A stretch of DNA of 6,812 nucleotides from a virus. The position numbers were made by a program, and so were the translations under genes. Every line of letters begins with the position of its first letter. Within the stretch, counting starts at the first letter, position 1. The notes below the pieces were generated by a model, which was not told the origin of the DNA, did not search any database, and saw only the letters and a program-made list of their open reading frames with translations. Positions 1 through 3,988 of this stretch are shown piece by piece. The stretch is from positions 1 through 6,812 of the IMG/VR virus record IMGVR_UViG_3300011982_000006. One strand, written 5' to 3'.

Positions 1-99
1 CAAAGCAAATGCAGCACGAACGGAAGAAACATCAATAGTTGAATAACTTCCTTCGAACTTAGCAGTAACAGTAGCAGACCGATTACCAGAATCGACACC
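1..99. repeat. Terminal direct repeat, copy 1 of 2 (identical to 6714..6812); overlap of a circular genome assembly, unit length 6713 bp
   Basis: Compared base by base: 1..99 (caaagcaaatgcagcacgaacgg...ccagaatcgacacc) recurs exactly at 6714..6812. The repeat lies inside the capsid ORF and preserves its reading frame. Confidence 0.95.
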
Positions 100-876
100 G
101 AAAGAATTACCATCACGACTATTAGAAAGAGCAAGAGCACTTGAAATCCCATCTGGCATAGAAACCAAAGGAGTAGGGCGAAGATTAGTCAAATAATCAA
201 GAGGAAGATTTCGATAACGAAGCTGAAGCATCTTCTTAAAATCAGAAATTTTCAAAGAACCTTCAAGAGTATCGTCAAAATTAAACGTATCGACATCATA
301 AGGTTCATAAGTAGTATTCCGATAATAATCAGAATAAATTTTCTGATAGGCAGCAGCACGGAAAGGCGTAACAGAACCAGAAAACACATTGAACTCATAA
401 CCCTTCTTTTTAGAAGCCTTGACAGGATAGCCATAACCTAGAAGATCAAGCAAACGTATCGCATTGTCTTGGTTTTTAAAGCCCATAAAATCCTCTGTAG
501 TATCTTTCAATATATCTTTGAAAAGATCTAAACGCTTAACAGAAGGAATGGCAGAAGGAGCTTTTTTATAAGTATAAAGATTTGTGCGATAGTCATTGGT
601 ACCTGCAATAAATTGGTCAAAGGGATGCCAAAGCTGAGAATAAGGCACAAAAAAGAACTCATAAACGCCACGAAGTGACATGAATGCAGCGGAATTCATG
701 GGTAAAGTACGCATGAAATCTTTAGCATCAATTTCAACATGATCATGCGGAATGAGATCAATAGACATGACAGGCAATAAGGCACCAACAGGAGCGGTAA
801 ACATGTGCCTTTGAGACAAGTCGAAAGCATTCCGAGGTCGATTGGCTCGACTAGGCCGAATTTCAAGTTTTTTCAT
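1..876 (-). CDS. VP1: Major capsid protein (Microviridae VP1 / phiX F family), N-terminal 292 codons; continues across the circular junction into 6713..5937
   Basis: I checked every - strand codon from the ATG at 876..874 down to base 1 and found no stop. The ORF is missing from the track only because it runs off the left edge. Translation begins MKKLEIRPSRANRPRNAFDLSQRHMFTAPVGALLPVMSIDLIPHDHVEIDAKDFMRTLPMNSAAFMSLRGVYEFFFVPYSQLWHPFDQFIAG. I recognise this from memory as the conserved N-terminal region of Microviridae major capsid proteins; no search was run. Confidence 0.93.
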   Translation of the reverse strand, partial: MKKLEIRPSRANRPRNAFDLSQRHMFTAPVGALLPVMSIDLIPHDHVEIDAKDFMRTLPMNSAAFMSLRGVYEFFFVPYSQLWHPFDQFIAGTNDYRTNLYTYKKAPSAIPSVKRLDLFKDILKDTTEDFMGFKNQDNAIRLLDLLGYGYPVKASKKKGYEFNVFSGSVTPFRAAAYQKIYSDYYRNTTYEPYDVDTFNFDDTLEGSLKISDFKKMLQLRYRNLPLDYLTNLRPTPLVSMPDGISSALALSNSRDGNSFGVDSGNRSATVTAKFEGSYSTIDVSSVRAAFAL

Positions 877-878
877 AA

Positions 879-965
879 TTAAGCACTGAATAAATAAATT
901 ATTAAACTAGTGAATGCAAGCATAAGAGCCAACACGCACAAAACAAACAAATCATCACTTTTCAT
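879..965 (-). CDS. Candidate 28-aa single-pass membrane peptide (MKSDDLFVLCVLALMLAFTSLIIYLFSA)
   Basis: Hand translation. The ATG at 965..963 lies 1 nt after the Rep stop (969..967). Its stop TAA (881..879) lies 2 nt before the VP1 ATG (876). A charged N-terminus (MKSDD) is followed by 23 hydrophobic residues. The ORF exactly fills the Rep-VP1 gap. It is the 3' end of track ORF 879..1142. Confidence 0.4.
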   Translation of the reverse strand: MKSDDLFVLCVLALMLAFTSLIIYLFSA

Positions 966-966
966 A

Positions 967-2682
967 TTAATCAATTTTTCTAGAACCAAACACAATAGTA
1001 TTATTAAGCTTCTTACTCTTATTACGCTTATCAAGACGTTGTTTTTGTTGCTTAGAATAAGTATCGAAATAATCAGAGCAAAACAAACTATTTTCAAGCA
1101 CCTTATCATAATCAAGCCTACCATAAGTATAGAAGTCACCAAACCAAGCTACCTCATCAAAGAAAGATCGTACATAAGGATCAGACATATCAACCTTATA
1201 ATCACTTTCATGAAGATACAAAGGCATGTGTTCCGACATGAAAGGATAGGCACCAATCATAGCCTTTTGGAAATCAGTCTTTTCAACTATATCATTAAAC
1301 AACTTATAGAATTGTATTAATTGGTCAGACTTTCGTAAGACATCATACCTATCCAACATTGAGACATAGGCGTATATGGGATGTGAATAACGATAGTACT
1401 TGTTAAAGTCAAGCAATTTAGTAATGCGCCAAGCATGACGAGAACAATACCAATTTTGGTCGGTATCCATTTCCATAGAATGGTACTCATCAGAATGATA
1501 GTAAGCAAGCCAATTGCGGTATTTCATATTCGGAAACTTTCGCAGGTAATCCGTCTCCGATATTTCATAATCATTTAGATTTTGCCAAGAATTAGAGAAG
1601 TAAACAATACTCAATTCTAGATCTTGTTTCCAATCGTCGTAGTATCGGCCATAGAACGAATACAATTGTAATTTTGCATCAAAAGCCATGTCACTATAGC
1701 CTTTACACTTGCGGAAGATGGAATTGCACAAATCTGTGTTAAGTGGAACATCGTAGTGTTCAAATTGTCCCAATCGCTCGTTAAAGATTTCTTTACCAAC
1801 TCGGTAAGTTCCTCGATGGACATTTTCGAGTATTTGATCTCGTTCAGCTTTGAAACAACCGATAACTGGGCTTTTAGACTGAAGGTGGAACGGACGCGAA
1901 GACTTATATCCCAGAACTTGAGGTAAATCAAGATTGCCACTAACATATTCCGCAACATAGTAGGCTGTGTTGGCATCACATACTTTGATATAGTCTTGGG
2001 TAAGTGATATATTCGCAAATGGCCGAAAACGAAAACTATTGCGCTGTCCTGCAATTCTCTCGTGGTAACCCCACGATTGAACGACAATAGACGTAATTTC
2101 TCGGAGGATAACCGAGCTATCGAAGAATAGGATGCCGTGATAATGCGGACGATACGTTTGGGGGCCGTACTCGGAAGCAATGTAATAACGGATTGATTTT
2201 TCATTTCTTTCTATATTTAATTTGTTAATTCTAGCGCGAACACGCTTAAGGAAGTTTTGAATGTCTTTTTTACAGCATACAGCATAGGTATTTGACTTAT
2301 CCTCATTCTGAACAGGAGGCAAAAAGGTTTCAAAGTCAATGTTCCATTTACCTTTTACGTCATCGTAATAGTTCAGAGGACATGAATTGTACATTTGCTC
2401 AACGCGACCAATAGGACGAAGTTGGGGGCAATCATTATCATCTTGGAACAATTCCCAGCGAGGGACACTCTCATTATCATAGGTCAACGTGAACATAACG
2501 GAATACTTATGTTTAAGAATTTCCTCACGGACACGGCTAGATTGTTTGGAAGCAGCAGCATTGACACATGCTACACATTTACCGCAAGGAACAAACATAT
2601 CTTCACCAGTCCACTTATTACGAGTGAGAATAGGGGACATACATCCACCAAATATTTTAAGCTTATCAGCATCCATTAGCAC
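967..2682 (-). CDS. VP4: Replication initiator protein, HUH endonuclease superfamily (Microviridae VP4 / phiX A analogue)
   Basis: Track ORF of 571 aa. Rolling-circle Rep motifs: motif I FTLTY (aa 64-68); motif II HUH, RPHYHGILF (His180/His182, nt 2125..2145); motif III with two tyrosines three residues apart, AYYVAEYVSGN (Tyr242/Tyr246, nt 1945..1959), as in YVAKYVNK of phiX174 A. The N-terminal Cys cluster GGCMSPIL...VPCGKCVACV is typical of microvirus VP4. The codon at 2682 is GTG. The first ATG is at 2676, and another ATG is at 2640. Starts at 2682 or 2676 keep the conserved Cys before MSPI. Confidence 0.92.
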   Translation of the reverse strand: MLMDADKLKIFGGCMSPILTRNKWTGEDMFVPCGKCVACVNAAASKQSSRVREEILKHKYSVMFTLTYDNESVPRWELFQDDNDCPQLRPIGRVEQMYNSCPLNYYDDVKGKWNIDFETFLPPVQNEDKSNTYAVCCKKDIQNFLKRVRARINKLNIERNEKSIRYYIASEYGPQTYRPHYHGILFFDSSVILREITSIVVQSWGYHERIAGQRNSFRFRPFANISLTQDYIKVCDANTAYYVAEYVSGNLDLPQVLGYKSSRPFHLQSKSPVIGCFKAERDQILENVHRGTYRVGKEIFNERLGQFEHYDVPLNTDLCNSIFRKCKGYSDMAFDAKLQLYSFYGRYYDDWKQDLELSIVYFSNSWQNLNDYEISETDYLRKFPNMKYRNWLAYYHSDEYHSMEMDTDQNWYCSRHAWRITKLLDFNKYYRYSHPIYAYVSMLDRYDVLRKSDQLIQFYKLFNDIVEKTDFQKAMIGAYPFMSEHMPLYLHESDYKVDMSDPYVRSFFDEVAWFGDFYTYGRLDYDKVLENSLFCSDYFDTYSKQQKQRLDKRNKSKKLNNTIVFGSRKID

Positions 2683-2974
2683 GAACGAATTTCAAGATAC
2701 GAAGTTTAAAAATAATATCATCATACTCATCAACAACTTTAATAACGCCAAACACAACCAAAGCACGGACACAAGCCTCAATCTTGTCAAATATATCACA
2801 ATTTTCAAAAGAATACATAAGGCAGATATAAGAAGGCGTATCATACACACTTATATATTCGAAGTCTGCTTTAAGCAAATCCTCTAAGTATTCGCGGAAC
2901 AATAGATAATTGAATTTAGCCATATTATTATGATTATTATTGTAGAATGATGCAAAGATAAACAATTCAAACAT
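2666..2974 (-). CDS. Hypothetical protein, 102 aa (or 85 aa from the ATG at 2923), immediately upstream of and overlapping the Rep start
   Basis: Track ORF on the same strand as all the other genes. Its stop TGA (2668..2666) overlaps the Rep start by 11-17 nt (ATGGATGCTGA), an arrangement suggesting translational coupling. A TAtcTTTG box at 2960..2953 lies inside the 5' extension and favours the ATG at 2923 (MAKFNYLLFREYLEDLL...). I recognise no family. Confidence 0.6.
   Translation of the reverse strand: MFELFIFASFYNNNHNNMAKFNYLLFREYLEDLLKADFEYISVYDTPSYICLMYSFENCDIFDKIEACVRALVVFGVIKVVDEYDDIIFKLRILKFVRANGC
2953..2960 (-). promoter_or_regulatory. Candidate Bacteroidetes-type -7 promoter box TAnnTTTG (tatctttg)
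   Basis: Exact match to the published Bacteroides -7 consensus TAnnTTTG, 29 nt upstream of the ATG at 2923. No well-spaced -33 TTTG was seen. The - strand here is T/G-rich, so chance matches are likely. Confidence 0.2.
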
Positions 2975-3045
2975 AATGCCAATTATGTAAATGAAATTTA
3001 TCTAAATTATTTAACACACATTATCAATCCCACCCACCTTTTTAA

Positions 3046-3053
3046 CAAAAATA
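3046..3053 (-). promoter_or_regulatory. Candidate -7 promoter box TAnnTTTG (tatttttg) upstream of the 102-aa ORF / Rep gene pair
   Basis: Exact TAnnTTTG on the - strand within the T/G-rich tract between the structured module and the 102-aa ORF. This is a motif match only. Confidence 0.2.
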
Positions 3054-3148
3054 CAAAATAACCCAAAAACAACAATAAGTAAAACATAACAATAAAACAA
3101 TAACAATAAGAAACACAAGACATTATTAATAAATACTCTGTGTTGAGG

Positions 3149-3157
3149 GCTCTTTAT
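3149..3157. repeat. Left arm of the 9-bp inverted repeat closing the structured module (gctctttat)
   Basis: It is the reverse complement of 3631..3639 and sits exactly at the switch from A/C-rich to GC-rich sequence. It extends to about 13 of 14 matches if one 1-nt indel is allowed (gctctttat-tatt versus gctctttatctatt). Confidence 0.6.
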
Positions 3158-3159
3158 TA

Positions 3160-3177
3160 TTACGCGCACGCGCGTAA
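3160..3177. repeat. Stem-loop: 7-bp stem ttacgcg/cgcgtaa, loop cacg
   Basis: Pairs 3160-3177 through 3166-3171 were verified base by base. The stem is GC-rich and is followed by a related cgcacgcgcacgc tract (3182..3194). Confidence 0.7.
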
Positions 3178-3217
3178 AGGTCGCACGCGCACGCTAATAA
3201 TATAGTATGCCACTACT

Positions 3218-3246
3218 GAAAAACTGCAATGTGTTGTCAGTTTTTC
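3218..3246. repeat. Stem-loop: 9-bp stem gaaaaactg/cagtttttc, 11-nt loop
   Basis: Perfect complementarity between 3218..3226 and 3238..3246, verified base by base. The A/T run is part of the stem, so this is not a canonical intrinsic terminator. Confidence 0.65.
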
Positions 3247-3266
3247 CAATAGTAAACAAGGAGATG

Positions 3267-3304
3267 GCAGAAGGCGGGGGCTTCTGCAAAGATATGCCTT
3301 GCAG
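3267..3304. repeat. Two overlapping, mutually exclusive stem-loops (3267..3287 and 3284..3304) sharing ctgc at 3284..3287
   Basis: Stem A is gcagaag (3267..3273) paired with cttctgc (3281..3287), 7 bp, loop gcggggg. Stem B is ctgcaaag (3284..3291) paired with ccttgcag (3297..3304), 8 positions with one A-C mismatch on the + strand that becomes a G-T/G-U wobble on the - strand. Confidence 0.6.
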
Positions 3305-3316
3305 CTTTCGTTACTA

Positions 3317-3335
3317 ATTGCTCGAGGATGCTCGC
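3317..3335. repeat. Direct repeat copy 1 (attgctcgaggatgctcgc); exact 10-mer core ggatgctcgc at 3326..3335
   Basis: It aligns to 3598..3618 with 17 matches, 2 mismatches and a 2-nt indel. The 10-nt core is identical. Confidence 0.5.
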
Positions 3336-3524
3336 TATTCATAATGTTTAAGGGGCGCATCCGTTTCACTCCTGCTAGTGCGCGCGCTAGCTCGTTCGCT
3401 CGTGCCTCGCTCGCTCGACACCGCTTTGCCTGCACTTCATTCGTACGCTCGTACCTCGCGCACTCATTACGCTTAGGCATCTGCGCACGGACTTCGCTAC
3501 GCTCCGTAATAAGAGGTCCTAGTC

Positions 3525-3550
3525 GGTATGGGGGCAAAGCCCCCTATACC
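3525..3550. repeat. Stem-loop: ggtatggggg / ccccc(t)atacc, 10 bp with one bulged T, loop caaag
   Basis: Pairs 3530-3544 through 3534-3540 and 3525-3550 through 3529-3546 were verified. T3545 is bulged. A second C5 run at 3549..3553 could pair with the G5 run instead. Confidence 0.7.
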
Positions 3551-3573
3551 CCCTTTGTGCTCACAACATTACG

Positions 3574-3593
3574 CATTGGGGCCCTACCCAATG
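3574..3593. repeat. Stem-loop: 7-bp stem cattggg/cccaatg, loop gcccta
   Basis: Perfect complementarity between 3574..3580 and 3587..3593, verified base by base. Confidence 0.7.
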
Positions 3594-3597
3594 CTTC

Positions 3598-3618
3598 ATT
3601 GTTCGCTTGGATGCTCGC
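3598..3618. repeat. Direct repeat copy 2 (attgttcgcttggatgctcgc); exact 10-mer core at 3609..3618
   Basis: See copy 1. Together the two copies bracket the most GC-rich roughly 260-nt core of the module. Confidence 0.5.
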
Positions 3619-3630
3619 AACAAACAATAG

Positions 3631-3639
3631 ATAAAGAGC
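3631..3639. repeat. Right arm of the 9-bp inverted repeat closing the structured module (ataaagagc)
   Basis: It is the reverse complement of 3149..3157 and sits at the opposite compositional boundary. Confidence 0.6.
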
Positions 3640-3680
3640 GAATAAGGAGAACTCATAAACAAATCAGAAAATTACAACAA

Positions 3681-3696
3681 CAAAAATACAAACATA
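3681..3696 (-). promoter_or_regulatory. Two adjacent candidate -7 promoter boxes TAnnTTTG (tatgtttg 3696..3689, tatttttg 3688..3681) pointing into the structured module
   Basis: Both are exact matches to the Bacteroides -7 consensus on the coding strand, about 40-55 nt upstream of the module boundary at 3639. A TTTG at 3709..3706 lies 17 nt upstream of the second box, whereas the published spacing is about 19-21 nt. This is a motif match only, in T/G-rich sequence. Confidence 0.25.
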
Positions 3697-3799
3697 CAGA
3701 TACAGCAAAAATGTAGAACGTTCCACAAACGAAGACCAACAAATAACGCCACGTATCACTACGCAGCGTTAAAATAGACTAAAATCAAACAAATTTGAA

Positions 3800-3988
3800 A
3801 TGAAAAAATTATATTTGCATCACAATCAAAATATTAACAATATGGAATATAACGAAATTTACTACAAAGAGAAAGCGAAATTGTTCAAGACAATACGCAT
3901 TATACTCATCTGTATAGCATTATCACCTATAGCATTAGGAATTATAATGTTTGGAATGATGTTTTTGCAAACACTTTTACAAAACTAA
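3800..3988 (+). CDS. Candidate 62-aa membrane protein encoded antisense to all the other genes
   Basis: Track ORF with an ATG start. A polar N-terminal half (MKKLYLHHNQNINNMEYNEIYYKEKAKLFKT) is followed by one clear transmembrane-length hydrophobic segment (IRIILICIALSPIALGIIMFGMMFLQTLL). The local composition departs from the A/C-rich tract upstream. Its stop TAA (3986..3988) overlaps the VP2 stop (3985..3987) convergently. It lies on the opposite strand, and I saw no promoter motif. Confidence 0.3.
   Translation: MKKLYLHHNQNINNMEYNEIYYKEKAKLFKTIRIILICIALSPIALGIIMFGMMFLQTLLQN

Larger units (their letters stand above)
3149..3639. other. 491-bp GC-rich, hairpin-dense non-coding module bounded by a 9-bp inverted repeat; function unknown (folded ssDNA element, structured ncRNA or inserted MITE-like element)
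   Basis: Hand counts give about 51% G+C (about 59% in 3361..3540) against about 25% in both flanks (3001..3120 and 3641..3700). There are multiple stem-loops, G5/C5 runs and repeated 8-10-mers. ORFs are open on both strands, as expected for stop-poor GC-rich non-coding DNA. The boundaries gctctttat (3149..3157) and ataaagagc (3631..3639) are reverse complements. Confidence 0.6.

Noticed and set aside
1-99. The terminal 99-nt direct repeat as a biological DTR/LTR or attachment-site duplication
   Set aside because: It lies in the middle of the capsid ORF and joins the two halves in frame. This is the signature of a linearised circular assembly, not a biological terminal repeat.
252-434. Alternative-frame - strand ORFs inside VP1 (252..434, 6116..6304, 6485..6811) and inside VP2 (4569..4826)
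   Set aside because: They are Leu/Ile/Val-rich, low-complexity off-frame translations (for example LLLLLLSS) nested in well-supported genes. Their lengths (60-126 codons) are within what off-frame reading of these genes produces.
879-1142. The long (87-aa) form of track ORF 879..1142, and ORF 1317..1508, overlapping the Rep 3' region
   Set aside because: Only the last 28 codons (from the ATG at 965) lie outside Rep and form a coherent transmembrane peptide. The upstream part is an off-frame, Ile/Leu-rich translation of Rep.
910-1320. The + strand ORFs antisense to genes: 910..1320, 2395..2679, 2489..2887, 4233..4430, 4636..4860, 5372..5701, 5910..6119
   Set aside because: They are antisense shadows of strongly supported - strand genes with implausible composition, and I recognised no motifs. 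Microviridae genes are co-oriented.
3334-3361. A dif-like XerC/D site: gctattCATAATGTtTAaggggcgcatc compared with E. coli dif GGTGCGCATAATGTATATTATGTTAAAT (recalled from memory)
   Set aside because: The left arm and spacer partly match (an exact CATAATGT 8-mer). GGGGCGCAT resembles the XerC-arm string GGTGCGCAT, but it is in the wrong position and orientation to form the second arm. No TTATGTTAAAT-like XerD arm is present, and the host dif sequence is unknown. It is kept only as a weak hint for the XerCD attP hypothesis.
3390-3418. The GCTCG tandem tract as a CRISPR array or a minisatellite
   Set aside because: The units are only 7-8 nt, degenerate and contiguous, with no spacers. There are no repeats of CRISPR length and no cas genes.
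3149-3639. A tRNA, tmRNA, RNase P RNA, SRP RNA or a small self-cleaving ribozyme in the structured block
   Set aside because: I saw no T-loop GTTCRANYC on either strand; the closest is gttcgct at 3601. There is no cloverleaf arrangement of the hairpins. There is no CUGAUGA hammerhead core and none of the conserved RNase P, tmRNA or SRP strings that I can recall. This was a visual check only; a covariance-model scan is still needed.
3149-3639. Calling the block a mobile element outright
   Set aside because: No transposase or integrase is encoded anywhere in the genome. I saw no clear target-site duplication outside the 9-bp inverted repeat, and I cannot check for other copies. It therefore remains a hypothesis in the findings and is not annotated as a mobile_element feature.
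3160-3716. Track ORFs 3160..3537 (-, 125 aa), 3299..3634 (+, 111 aa) and 3528..3716 (+, 62 aa) inside the GC-rich block
   Set aside because: They overlap one another on both strands and coincide exactly with the stop-poor GC-rich segment. They encode Arg/Ala/Ser/Leu-rich low-information sequence (RASEARANELARALAG, SARASSFARASLARHRF). They are riddled with hairpins and short repeats. This is best explained as non-coding structure. Coding cannot be formally excluded without comparative data.
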